From the NCBI GenBank assembly GCA_034422835.1, contig DAOUJJ010000013.1, positions 12,618 through 76,617 of the forward strand: 64,000 bases of DNA, in the 5' to 3' direction. Positions within the stretch are counted from its first letter, which is position 1; each line of letters begins with the position of its first letter. This document shows positions 38,929-48,299 of the stretch, in pieces. This DNA is from Dehalococcoidia bacterium (GTDB lineage Bacteria > Chloroflexota > Dehalococcoidia > UBA6926). A program made the position numbers and the translations under genes. A model generated the notes under the pieces. That model was not told the origin of the DNA. It searched no databases and saw only the letters and a program-made list of their open reading frames with translations.

Positions 38929-39888
38929 TTACAGCCGCGCTACCCCTACGAGTGTCGCGTTAACGATGAACCGATGGGAATACGTTGTTGCCGGCGCGCA
39001 TGTCACCAACGACAGCGTCGGGCTGTCCGAGTAATCGAATACGTCCACGTCCTCCGGCAGAACCACAGTCGTGTCAGTAGCGCGGTAGAGGAACACGTCG
39101 CCGCCGGCCATGATCATGATGTCTACAATCTCTCCGCGCCGTAGGAGGGGTGCAATCTCATCCAGCCGCGCGAATATAGACCCCTCGCCCGCGAACGGTG
39201 AATTCACGTGGCCGGACATCACCGTATTGCCGATCTCGCCCGGTGTTGCGGAACCGACGTGGAAACCCACTGCGCGGTCGGCCGTCTCCCACTCGGCGGT
39301 CTCGCCATCCCACAGGATGGTGAGGTCGACAACATGCGATTCCAGGTCGATAGCGGGGATGAGGATGTGCGCCGGTCTCGGCTGCTCTCCATACGTCTCA
39401 AGGAGGTCCTCTTCCGTGACCAACTTGAAATTCTCCTTGATCGGCTGCAGCAGAGCGCCGTCGTCGGCCTTGGCCAAATAGTGACTGAAATCCCGGAGGA
39501 CGCCGAATTCGTCATAAAGACTGTCGTTTGCTGCCTCATCGGTCTCTGGAGTCTGGGTCTCAGAGGGAAGCGCCGACTCCGTGCTGACGGGTGATGTGGA
39601 AGTGGCAGGCGTGGCAGTTGTTGTCCGCGTCGCTGTAGCGGATGGCGTGGATGGCGGAGCTGTGGTCGGCTGTACCGTTGGCAGACCACGTGTCAGGTCC
39701 TCTTGCGTGAGGCCGCTGTCGGCCTGCGTCACATTCAATTCATCCAGGTTTGCCTCTGAATACGTCCCGACAGCGAAATAACCCGCCGCGAACAGCACCA
39801 ACAAGACGCCAATGGCCGCCATCAGGACGCCCACAACGAGCATGGGCCGAACAAAGATCAGCGCCCAGAGTCCGATGAGACGATCCAT
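38929..39888 (-). CDS. Sortase family transpeptidase (membrane anchored)
   Basis: Catalytic TLSLVTC motif and N-terminal TM. Start taken at MDRLIGLW. Confidence 0.7.
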   Translation of the reverse strand: MDRLIGLWALIFVRPMLVVGVLMAAIGVLLVLFAAGYFAVGTYSEANLDELNVTQADSGLTQEDLTRGLPTVQPTTAPPSTPSATATRTTTATPATSTSPVSTESALPSETQTPETDEAANDSLYDEFGVLRDFSHYLAKADDGALLQPIKENFKLVTEEDLLETYGEQPRPAHILIPAIDLESHVVDLTILWDGETAEWETADRAVGFHVGSATPGEIGNTVMSGHVNSPFAGEGSIFARLDEIAPLLRRGEIVDIMIMAGGDVFLYRATDTTVVLPEDVDVFDYSDSPTLSLVTCAPATTYSHRFIVNATLVGVARL

Positions 39889-39904
39889 AGTGTGCTCTCT
39901 GCCG

Positions 39905-40603
39905 CTAGCCGAGTATCTCTGCGATCCTCTCATCGAGGACCGTGCCGTTCACCACGCCTGCCCATCGCGTATGCACCGTGCCGTCCTGCTGGATGAAGAA
40001 CGTCACCGGCAGCCCGCCCACGCCGTAGTCGATGGTCGCCTCCCCGTCCGGGTCGGTCACCATGACGTAGCCATCGTCGACGGGAACGTTGAACTCCTCG
40101 ATGAAAGCGAGCGCGTCCTCATTCGTATCCTGGATCGCAACGCCGATGAACCGGACTCCCTGGTCCTTGTACCGCTCGTGAGCCTCGACCAGATGCGGCA
40201 TCTCAACGCGGCACGGAGCGCACCATGACGCCCAGAAATTCACCACGATTGGCGAGCCCTCGAAGTCGGACAAGCTCACGTCTCCCGCCCCGTTCAACTG
40301 AGAAAGAGTGAATGACGGCGCTGCGATGCTGGTGCGTGTCGTCGTATCCATCGGCATCGTCTCGCGCGTCAGCAGGCTGTACGCGAGGAGGCCAATGAAC
40401 GCCGCCATCACCACAACCGCCACACTGATGACGACAATCCCTGGGCGTTGCCGATTCTGAGGGCCCAGACGGGCGTCATGAACCGGCTCAGCGATGCTGT
40501 CAGTATCGCCATCGTCTGCCGCCCGTCCCTGTTCCGGCCCATCGCCGGACATATCGGGAGAATCTCTCTCGTCGGCGTCATCCATAAACCACATTCCCCG
40601 CAC
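39905..40603 (-). CDS. TlpA/ResA-like thiol:disulfide oxidoreductase (membrane anchored), Cys version
   Basis: NFWASWCAPCR redox motif and N-terminal TM. Paralogue of the Sec-containing redoxin at 11694..12371. Confidence 0.8.
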   Translation of the reverse strand: MRGMWFMDDADERDSPDMSGDGPEQGRAADDGDTDSIAEPVHDARLGPQNRQRPGIVVISVAVVVMAAFIGLLAYSLLTRETMPMDTTTRTSIAAPSFTLSQLNGAGDVSLSDFEGSPIVVNFWASWCAPCRVEMPHLVEAHERYKDQGVRFIGVAIQDTNEDALAFIEEFNVPVDDGYVMVTDPDGEATIDYGVGGLPVTFFIQQDGTVHTRWAGVVNGTVLDERIAEILG

Positions 40604-40674
40604 CTATGATTATACCTGCTTGTCTCTACAGGCCCTACGAACATTTGCCCGTTTTGTGCCATAGTGTAAGTGTC

Positions 40675-43512
40675 ATGTCGGGCCAGCAGCAGAGCGAACA
40701 GGAAACCACGCGCGAGGAGGTCTTTAATACTGACCTCGCGAACATGCTGCGGGACTTAAGCCTTCTTGATGCACGCCCTGAGCGAAGACGCGGACAGTCT
40801 GCACCGGATATTGCTGTTCACTTGCATGATGGCGAACGCATTATCGTGGAATGCAAGTGGGAATCCGCCGCAAGAGATTTGGATGATCAGCTTGCGCGTC
40901 GATTAGATAGCTTTCCAGAACTGCTGGCGGTGGTTGGCGTGCTGTATCCGGATCGTCTGCAATCAACCGCTGACGCGCGTGCTGATTTGGCGTCAGAAAG
41001 TGAATTGCGCTGGTTTCTGTACGGTTCTCGCGGAGTGGCAGTTGACGCGCGAACGACTTTTACGGGCTCAATAGAGGATCTGGGCAAGTACATAAGGACT
41101 CTACCACTTAGCCTCGAAGGAGCCGACCGAGTCGATGCTGCGGCAGGCTCAATCAGGTATGCAGTTGAGAGAGCATCGGGAATGGTTCATGACAGACACG
41201 CACGCATCGGGGAGCGAATTGCGGCAATCATCGCCGAGTCGGACAACGAAAAAGATCGGCTTGCCGCATTGAGAATCGGTTGCTTGGTGATATTCAATGC
41301 AATGGCCTTTCAAGATCGACTTTCCCCACGCAATAGCCAAGTGCCGACCCTACAAGAGGCCTTAGAGGGCGGAATTCAAGGGCTTGAGAACTCGTGGCGT
41401 ACAGTGCGAGAGTCCATCAACTATGTGCCGGTTTTTGAGTTGGCAGAGCAAGTCCTCGGTGTCTTGAGAACGGCCCCCACGGACCTCTGGCGTCCCGTAC
41501 TGCAATACCTTGCGGATGCAGTCGATGAAACTCGCAATCTCGAAGGACATGACCTCTCTGGCCGTCTCTTTCACACGCTCTTGAGTGAAGCCAAGTATAC
41601 CGGCGCGTACTACACTTCGGTCCCTGCTGCCACTATGCTGGCGCAGCTTGTCTTTGATGGTTGGCCGCCAAGAGTCGACTGGAAAGACCATGAATTCCCA
41701 GCTTCGCTTAGTGTCGCTGATATAGCCTGCGGCACCGGCACCCTGCTAATGGCCGTGGCGTCTGAGGCTCAAAGGAAACATGAGGAAGCCGGAGGCAATA
41801 GGATTGCTGAGCTTCACAAGGCAATGGTTGAGCAGGCGCTGCACGGCTATGACGTCCAGCTTTCTGCTATTCACTTTGCCGCAACAAGTCTTGCCATGCT
41901 GAACCCTGAAATCCAATTTGACCGTATGCGACTTTGGGTGATGCCTCACGGAGTCGAGGGGGATCGCGTTTCCCTTGGTTCCCTTGAATTCCTCGCATCG
42001 GAAGAGGCGGCTGTACAACATGCTTTGTCCCCTGAGAGCCTGGGTGTTGGTGAACGCGCGGCTGAGCGAGTATCGGGCGAAGGCCGGCGCAGTACCGAAG
42101 ATGGTGAGACTGCCCGATTACCGGACTTGGATCTAGCCATCATGAATCCCCCCTTCACTCGGTCAGTCGGAGGAAATCTATTGTTTGGCAGCCTACCTGC
42201 AAGCGAACGCCGCGCTATGCAGAGCGATCTTTCTCGCCGTCTGAGTTCACGTCTGGCGTCTGCAACCGCGGGGCTTGGTCCCGCTTTTGTCGCCACTGCT
42301 GCCCGTCGACTGCGTCTTGGCGAAGGGCGGCTCGCCCTGGTCCTGCCCTCAACTGTGGCTACCGGCCCATCATGGACGCAGACCCGCGCCTTGATTGAGC
42401 AAGATTTTCACTTGGATATGCTGATTACATCCCATGATCCGCAGCGATGGAACTTCTCTGATAGCACGGATCTGTCCGAGGCACTATTGATTGCGACACG
42501 ACGAGGTGAGGACGATAAGACTGAAGAATCGTCAACCCAATTCGTGAATCTTTGGCGCAATCCTGACAACGTGTTTGACGCGGAGAGAATGGCGCGTGCC
42601 ATATCAGTTGCTCAGCCCGCTGATTTGAATGGAACAGGAACGGCATTGCTCCGTTTGGACGGTAGGGACGTCGGCGAAGTCGTATCGGCGCCGCAAGCCT
42701 CTTTCGCACGGGACAAGTGGCCGGGTGGCCAGTTCGCGCGTGCCGACCTCACACGCAGTGCGATGCGCCTGCTCAGAAACAACGAAGCCTGGATGCCGGG
42801 CGGCGACTCAGCGCAACTCCCTATGTGCAGATTGGATGAGGTCGGACAACTTGGCCCGGATGTGCGTGATGTTCGCGACGGATTTGAATATACCGATGCC
42901 GTAACAGCATATCCGATGGTGTCTGGCCATCAGGCCCATCTACGAACCAGACTTGTCTGTGAGCCGGACCGGTACTTGGCCCCATTGGTCGCGGCCCGTG
43001 AAGGACGACGGCTGAAACCTCTCAACCTTTTGTGGCCACGGGCTGGCCAACTACTCTTGGCAGAGAGACTCTGGCTCAATACAACTCGCGTGGTGGGTAT
43101 GTACTGTACAGAGCGTGTTCTCTCTAATGTCTGGTGGCCTATACGAAATGGCGATTCACGACGGGATAGAGCACTTTGTGCCTACTTCAACAGCACTGTA
43201 GGAATCTTGGGTCTAATGGCAACGCGAAATACGACACGGGCAGGCTGGGTCAAACTCAAGAAAGCTGACCTTCAGCGCCTCCCTGTTCTGGATGTCCGCG
43301 CCCTCTCGGAAGAACAGCTTGACGCCCTCGCAGAGCTATTCGATGAAGTTTCGGAGATGGAGTTCATGCGCCTGCCTGAAATGGCTGATGACCCCGCGCG
43401 CAAGGCGCTTGATGACGGCCTCTCACGTATCCTCAACCTCCCTGACCTCGCCCCTCTCCGCCGCCTCATCGCCACTGAACCTGTCGTATCTAATCAGCGC
43501 CTAGGTTCGTAA
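40675..43512 (+). CDS. Single-chain type IIG/IIL-like restriction-modification enzyme (N-terminal PD-ExK-like nuclease + gamma-class N6-adenine MTase + TRD)
   Basis: PD-x15-ECK near the N-terminus. MTase motif X GAYYTS, motif I DIACGTGTLL, motif IV NPPF. ~300-aa C-terminal putative TRD. No partner genes adjacent. A/T-richer. Confidence 0.5.
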   Translation: MSGQQQSEQETTREEVFNTDLANMLRDLSLLDARPERRRGQSAPDIAVHLHDGERIIVECKWESAARDLDDQLARRLDSFPELLAVVGVLYPDRLQSTADARADLASESELRWFLYGSRGVAVDARTTFTGSIEDLGKYIRTLPLSLEGADRVDAAAGSIRYAVERASGMVHDRHARIGERIAAIIAESDNEKDRLAALRIGCLVIFNAMAFQDRLSPRNSQVPTLQEALEGGIQGLENSWRTVRESINYVPVFELAEQVLGVLRTAPTDLWRPVLQYLADAVDETRNLEGHDLSGRLFHTLLSEAKYTGAYYTSVPAATMLAQLVFDGWPPRVDWKDHEFPASLSVADIACGTGTLLMAVASEAQRKHEEAGGNRIAELHKAMVEQALHGYDVQLSAIHFAATSLAMLNPEIQFDRMRLWVMPHGVEGDRVSLGSLEFLASEEAAVQHALSPESLGVGERAAERVSGEGRRSTEDGETARLPDLDLAIMNPPFTRSVGGNLLFGSLPASERRAMQSDLSRRLSSRLASATAGLGPAFVATAARRLRLGEGRLALVLPSTVATGPSWTQTRALIEQDFHLDMLITSHDPQRWNFSDSTDLSEALLIATRRGEDDKTEESSTQFVNLWRNPDNVFDAERMARAISVAQPADLNGTGTALLRLDGRDVGEVVSAPQASFARDKWPGGQFARADLTRSAMRLLRNNEAWMPGGDSAQLPMCRLDEVGQLGPDVRDVRDGFEYTDAVTAYPMVSGHQAHLRTRLVCEPDRYLAPLVAAREGRRLKPLNLLWPRAGQLLLAERLWLNTTRVVGMYCTERVLSNVWWPIRNGDSRRDRALCAYFNSTVGILGLMATRNTTRAGWVKLKKADLQRLPVLDVRALSEEQLDALAELFDEVSEMEFMRLPEMADDPARKALDDGLSRILNLPDLAPLRRLIATEPVVSNQRLGS

Positions 43513-43633
43513 CAACTCCCCGCCCTTTACCCCGCACCTTTGCGGTGCCACAATATGGCATCTATCTATCGGGATGGCGGGCATCACGATGCCCCGCGCC
43601 TGATGACGAACAACGGAGGGGGGCCGTTACACC

Positions 43634-44851
43634 ATGTTCATGCCGCTTGAGGGTGTCCGCATCATTGATCTGACCCATTACACCGCCGGGCCGTACGCCA
43701 CGCGAATCCTCGGCGACTACGGCGCAGATGTCATCAAGATCGAAAGGCCGGGCGGGGGCGATCCCGCGCGACGCATCGGCCCCTTTTTCCATGATGAGCC
43801 CGACCTCGAAAAGAGCGGCCTCTTCCTGTTCCTCAACACCAACAAGCGCTCCGTCACCCTTGATATCAAGACCGAGAAGGGCAAGCAGATCATCAAGGAG
43901 CTCGTCAAGGAGGCGGATATCCTCATCGAGAACTTCCCGCCCGACGTCATGCCGAACGCCGGCCTGGGCTACGAGGAACTCAGCCAGATCAACCCCCAAC
44001 TCGTCATGACCTCCATCAGCAACTTCGGCAAGACCGGCCCCTACAAGGACTGGGTTGGACTTGATCTGACCCTCTATGCGATGGGCGGCAATATGTGGGG
44101 TTCCGGCGATCCCGAGTTGGAGCCGCTCAAGACCGCCGGCCGCATGGCCAGCTTCCACGTCGGCTATGCCGCCGCCCTCGCCACCGCTCTCGGCCTCACC
44201 AACGCCGAGTTACGAGGGCAGGGCGAGAACATCGACGTCAGCTATTTCGAGGTCACGCTGCAATCCATTGATGGCCGTATGCAGAAGCTGCTCGGCTACC
44301 AGTACAACAACCAGGTGCCGATGCGCGTCTCTCCGGGCGCCAGCCTTGGCCTCGGCAGCGGTGTCTACCCCTGCCTGGACGGCATGTTCATGACGACGGC
44401 CGGCGCGGCGCAGTTCCCCAACATGGCCCGCATGGTTGGCGCGGAGGACATCCTCACGCAGCCCGGTTGGGACACCGTCGCCGCCCGCTCCCGCCCGGAG
44501 GCCGCCGAAGAGTGGGAGGCCACCCTCATCCCCTGGATGCTGGAGCGCACCACCAAGGAGGTGCAGCGCGCCTGCATGGAGCACGGTGTGCTCGGCGGGC
44601 CCCTCAATACCATTGAGAACCTCATGAACGATGAGGACTTTGACGCGCGCGGCTTCTGGCAGACCATCGACCACCCCGCCACCGGCCCGCTCACCTACCC
44701 CGGCTTCAACTCCCGAATCCACTTCGACGACGGCGAGCGTCCCGCCCGACGCCGCGCTCCACTGCTTGGAGAGCACACCGCCGAGGTCCTCAAGGAGATC
44801 GGTATCGAGGGCGAGGAGGTCTCACTTCTCCGCTCTGAGGGCGTCATCTAG
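43634..44851 (+). CDS. CoA-transferase family III (CaiB/BaiF)
   Basis: VRIIDLTHYTAGPYATRILGDYGADVIKIE…. Confidence 0.85.
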   Translation: MFMPLEGVRIIDLTHYTAGPYATRILGDYGADVIKIERPGGGDPARRIGPFFHDEPDLEKSGLFLFLNTNKRSVTLDIKTEKGKQIIKELVKEADILIENFPPDVMPNAGLGYEELSQINPQLVMTSISNFGKTGPYKDWVGLDLTLYAMGGNMWGSGDPELEPLKTAGRMASFHVGYAAALATALGLTNAELRGQGENIDVSYFEVTLQSIDGRMQKLLGYQYNNQVPMRVSPGASLGLGSGVYPCLDGMFMTTAGAAQFPNMARMVGAEDILTQPGWDTVAARSRPEAAEEWEATLIPWMLERTTKEVQRACMEHGVLGGPLNTIENLMNDEDFDARGFWQTIDHPATGPLTYPGFNSRIHFDDGERPARRRAPLLGEHTAEVLKEIGIEGEEVSLLRSEGVI

Positions 44852-44895
44852 CCCCCTGAAACGTGAAGAGACGCCAAAGCTAAAGGAGCATAACA

Positions 44896-46248
44896 ATGAC
44901 TGCCACAGAGAACAATCGCCGAGATATGAGCGCCTCACCCGTCCCCGGCACGGGCAAGCTGCCCCTTGAGGGTCTCCGCATCTTGGACATCACCGTGGTG
45001 TGGGCCGGGCCGTACGGCACCATGCACCTGGCCGACTGGGGTGCGGAGGTCATCCGCATCGAGTCCATCAAGCACTTTGCCACCAGCACGCGCGGGCAGA
45101 TGGCGCGCCCGCCCATTGAATTCGTGCGTCTCCGCAACACCGGCATGGGCTATGTCGATGACGACCCCGGCGAGCGCCCCTGGAACCGCCAAGCCATCTT
45201 CAACACGCATTCCCGCAACAAGCTCTCCGTCACCATGGATCTCGCCTCTCCCGAAGGTCAGGAAGCCCTTGAGAGACTCGTCGCGCAGGCCGACGGTTTC
45301 CTGGAGAACAACGTCGCCATCTCCATGGAGCGGTTCGGCATCACGTGGGAGCGCCTCTCCGCCATCAACCCGCGCCTCATCATGGTGCGGATGCCCGCAT
45401 TCGGCATCGAGGGCCCGTACAAGAACTACCGCACGTGGGGCAACCACATGGAGGCGCTGGCCGGCCATCCGTACCTGCGCGCCTACCCGGACGAGGACCC
45501 TGCCCGCGGCCCCAGCGGCGTCCCCAGCGACGCGGCGGGCGGCGTCGGCGGCGCGCTCGCGTTCATCATGGGTCTGCGCCATCGCAACAAGACCGGCAAG
45601 GGCATCCTCATCGAGGCGCCCACCGCCGAGAACTTTGTCCCGTTCCTTGGCGATTTCGTCATGGACTACTCCATGAACGGCCGCGTCTATACCCAGCTCG
45701 GCAACGGCCATCTTTTCCTCGCCCCGCACAACGTCTACCGCTGCGCCGGTGAGGAACGCTGGCTCACAATCGCCTGCCGCTCGGACGCGGAGTTCCGCAC
45801 GCTCTGCCAGATCATGGGAGAGCCGAATCTTGCCGACGATCCCAGATTCGCTGACAGCCTCAGCCGCTATCAGAATCGCCGCGCGCTCGATGAGGTGATC
45901 TCACGTTGGACGGTTGAGCAGGACGCGAAGGAGACCATGCACCGACTACAGGCCGCCGGCGTGCCCGCCGGCATGGTGATGGACGAGGCCGATGTCCACG
46001 CGGACCCGCAGGTCGCGGAGCGCAACTTCTTCCAGGAGGTCACGCATCCGGAGGCGGGAACCCACAAGAACCCGACGACGGGCTTCAAGCTCCAGAACAC
46101 GCCCTATGAGATCCGCCGCCACGCCGTGCTGCTTGGCCAGGACAACGAATACGTCTACAAGAACGTCATGGGCTACTCAGACGAGGAGTACCAGAAGTTC
46201 ATCGACATGGGCCATGTCGGCATGGACTACGACCCGGACGTGCAGTAG
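44896..46248 (+). CDS. CoA-transferase family III (CaiB/BaiF)
   Basis: LRILDITVVWAGPYGTMHLADWGAEVIRIE…. Confidence 0.85.
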   Translation: MTATENNRRDMSASPVPGTGKLPLEGLRILDITVVWAGPYGTMHLADWGAEVIRIESIKHFATSTRGQMARPPIEFVRLRNTGMGYVDDDPGERPWNRQAIFNTHSRNKLSVTMDLASPEGQEALERLVAQADGFLENNVAISMERFGITWERLSAINPRLIMVRMPAFGIEGPYKNYRTWGNHMEALAGHPYLRAYPDEDPARGPSGVPSDAAGGVGGALAFIMGLRHRNKTGKGILIEAPTAENFVPFLGDFVMDYSMNGRVYTQLGNGHLFLAPHNVYRCAGEERWLTIACRSDAEFRTLCQIMGEPNLADDPRFADSLSRYQNRRALDEVISRWTVEQDAKETMHRLQAAGVPAGMVMDEADVHADPQVAERNFFQEVTHPEAGTHKNPTTGFKLQNTPYEIRRHAVLLGQDNEYVYKNVMGYSDEEYQKFIDMGHVGMDYDPDVQ

Positions 46249-46263
46249 CGAGGACGGCCCGCT

Positions 46264-46498
46264 GTCATTCTGAGCGGAGCGCAGCGGAGTCGAAGAATCT
46301 AAAGCCTCAAATGCGCCGCCAAACCCCCTCCCCACCGTGAGGGAGGGCAAGGTGGGGGGCACATCCGCTCATCCTGAGCCTGTCGAATGACGTGAGCCCA
46401 TCCGTCATTCCCGCGAAAGCGGGAATCCAGAGCCGTCGATAGGGCGGACTCCTCATTAATTCCGAGTGAAGCGCAACAGGATTGAGGAATCTAAGCAC
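46264..46498. repeat. Largest palindromic repeat cluster (family 4 variant, CCCCTCCCCACCGTGAGGGAGGG palindrome, family 1, family 2 GTCATTCCCGCGAAAGCGGGAATCCAGAG, family 4/5 TTCCGAGTGAAGCGCAACAGGATTGAGGAATCTAAG)
   Basis: Five hairpin units within 235 bp, immediately after the CaiB stop. Confidence 0.8.
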
Positions 46499-46559
46499 TT
46501 AGTCTAACAGCCCACTTTCTTTATGGACGTGTTGCAACCTGCCCCTACCATCTTGCTTG

Positions 46560-46784
46560 TCATATCCCACGCTGTGGAAGACGGTCATCCGCTTGATCCG
46601 GAGCCTCATCTATGACCTTTAGGCTCCGTAGCATACTGTCCAAGTGCCTCTGCAAGGCCGGCCAATCCGTGTTCTCGTATCCTCGGAACTGGAGACTCGC
46701 CAGCTCATTCTTGACACCTCTAATGGCTGACTCCAAACGATTAACTCTGCCTTCCAATTCAATAATTCGCGCTTCGTCTTGCAT
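46560..46784 (-). CDS. Small coiled-coil hypothetical protein
   Basis: ARIIELEGRVNRLESAIRGVKNELASL heptads. A/T-richer islet. Confidence 0.3.
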   Translation of the reverse strand: MQDEARIIELEGRVNRLESAIRGVKNELASLQFRGYENTDWPALQRHLDSMLRSLKVIDEAPDQADDRLPQRGI

Positions 46785-46846
46785 TACATATCCTCCCTAA
46801 TCGACTGTATGAAGTACCAGATCTATTTGCATGCCCAATGTTGTTA

Positions 46847-47632
46847 TTAACCCCACCAATCAAAATCGCGCCGGGCGAACTCTTGAGATATGAGTAGATC
46901 TGGTTGCTCATAGAGCAGCGCGTCGATTTCTTCCCTCAGACTCCCGTGCATATATTCCCACATTACTGGAGATAACCGTCTCTCCAGACGCATGTGGAGT
47001 AGAAGTTCCACTTCATCGTTATTGGAATAGAAGCCGGCAAGGTCGATCGAACGCAGGCTATAGTTGTGGCGTTCTGCATAATCCAAGAGAGATTCGTTTG
47101 GCCTAATCCACTCTCCTACTTCAATCATCCGGTTAAAGATCCTCCAGAGGTACTCACCGTAATTCACATAACCGCCGACCGATTCCCCGTTGTATTCAAG
47201 AAAGTCTCGGAATGGCATTGTGTCATATTGCCCGGCGGCAGAAAGGCGGTAAGCAAAAAAGGCATCCCAGTACCCATCCTTGATGAGCGCCTGATACGGA
47301 CCAGTTTGGCTCGCCCACTGTTCACTAGTGGCGAGGTAGCCGTTCCACACTCGTTCGAGTTCATTTGGATCAAGGAAAGTTGGCCCGGGGATAGGGGTTG
47401 GAGTGTTTTGAGGCAATTGCGTGGGTAGGGGAGTTTGCGCTGCTATTGGAGTTGGTGACACGGGAAGTGGCGTAAGCGTTGGTGTTGCGGTTGGAGTTGC
47501 TGAAGGAACCGGCGTATAGACCGGTACGGTTGTGGCAGGCTCAGCAGATTGCGAGCCCCGTGAGCAACCAACAACCAGCGCCCCGGTACACAGGATCAGG
47601 ATGACCACTAGGGAGATAGCTAAAACACGCAC
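46847..47632 (-). CDS. Hypothetical lipoprotein with Pro/Thr-rich linker
   Basis: Signal peptide plus lipobox LVVGCS, PT-rich linker, ~170-aa C-terminal domain of unknown function. Confidence 0.5.
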   Translation of the reverse strand: MRVLAISLVVILILCTGALVVGCSRGSQSAEPATTVPVYTPVPSATPTATPTLTPLPVSPTPIAAQTPLPTQLPQNTPTPIPGPTFLDPNELERVWNGYLATSEQWASQTGPYQALIKDGYWDAFFAYRLSAAGQYDTMPFRDFLEYNGESVGGYVNYGEYLWRIFNRMIEVGEWIRPNESLLDYAERHNYSLRSIDLAGFYSNNDEVELLLHMRLERRLSPVMWEYMHGSLREEIDALLYEQPDLLISQEFARRDFDWWG

Positions 47633-47671
47633 GAGGGCATTCTAACAGCCCCTTTTCATCTTGAGGGGATG

Positions 47672-47713
47672 CCCCCCCTCACAGCTTGCTCGCCAGTTCC
47701 TCCATGTGGCCGG
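47672..47713. repeat. Direct repeat copy 1: duplicated phoU 3' end flanking the hicBA-like cassette
   Basis: CCCCCCCTCACAGCTTGCTCGCCAGTTCCTCCATGTGGCCGG is near-identical (1 indel, 1 mismatch) to 48325-48364. Confidence 0.75.
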
Positions 47714-47716
47714 CTC

Positions 47717-47989
47717 TTACTTGATGATCCCGCGCCCCCGCAGAATCTCCATATACCCGTCCCTATCCAGAGGGCAATTGACAGCGTCACGCAACTGTTG
47801 CTCAGTAAGCTTTAACTGCTGGCGGATTCGTTGATGGTGCGGCAAGTCACCACTGTCTTTGCGGGAGCGTTTGGAGCGTACGACTACTCGGCCACCGACG
47901 TAGAGTCGAGCCTTAACATGATCTCCGCCCCGAACCTCAAAGCCGAATTTCCGGACGACCTGGTCAAACTCACGCGCCGTCAGTGGCAT
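47717..47989 (-). CDS. HicA-like (YcfA/dsRBD-fold) toxin with C-terminal extension
   Basis: …VRKFGFEVRGGDHVKARLYVGGRVVVRSKRSRKDSGDLP…IRQQLKL resembles the HicA consensus. Overlaps the upstream HicB-like gene. Confidence 0.5.
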   Translation of the reverse strand: MPLTAREFDQVVRKFGFEVRGGDHVKARLYVGGRVVVRSKRSRKDSGDLPHHQRIRQQLKLTEQQLRDAVNCPLDRDGYMEILRGRGIIK

Positions 47990-48299
47990 CGACCTGACGG
48001 AGCTTTCCAATGAGAATATCGTAGATTGCTTGAAGCGCGGGCCCCAACCTGTCCCGGTCCTCGTGAAGATCACTAAAGAGTTCCACGATGGACTGCTGAA
48101 GGTCGCTTAGCGCCTCCTCCAGCGTGTCGCCTACTCCGTACTCCTCTAGCTCGGGCGCATCAGCTATGTATGTACCGTCCACGATTTCCCACGTCACCTT
48201 GATAGGCTCGACCACTCGTAGGCTGGCATCACCCAAGTCGCGAAGTTCAAGTGGTTGAGGAATCGTAGACGCAGGCGCGCTGAATCGCTGAGTGCTCAT
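47970..48299 (-). CDS. HicB-like antitoxin (UPF0150-type domain)
   Basis: …VTWEIVDGTYIADAPELEEYGVGDTLEEALSDLQQSIVE… typical of the HicB N-domain. Confidence 0.5.
   Translation of the reverse strand: MSTQRFSAPASTIPQPLELRDLGDASLRVVEPIKVTWEIVDGTYIADAPELEEYGVGDTLEEALSDLQQSIVELFSDLHEDRDRLGPALQAIYDILIGKLRQVDATDGA

Noticed and set aside
11121-46498. Possibility that the repeat clusters are CRISPR arrays.
   Set aside because: The units belong to several different palindromic families, are not regularly spaced with unique spacers, and no cas genes are present.
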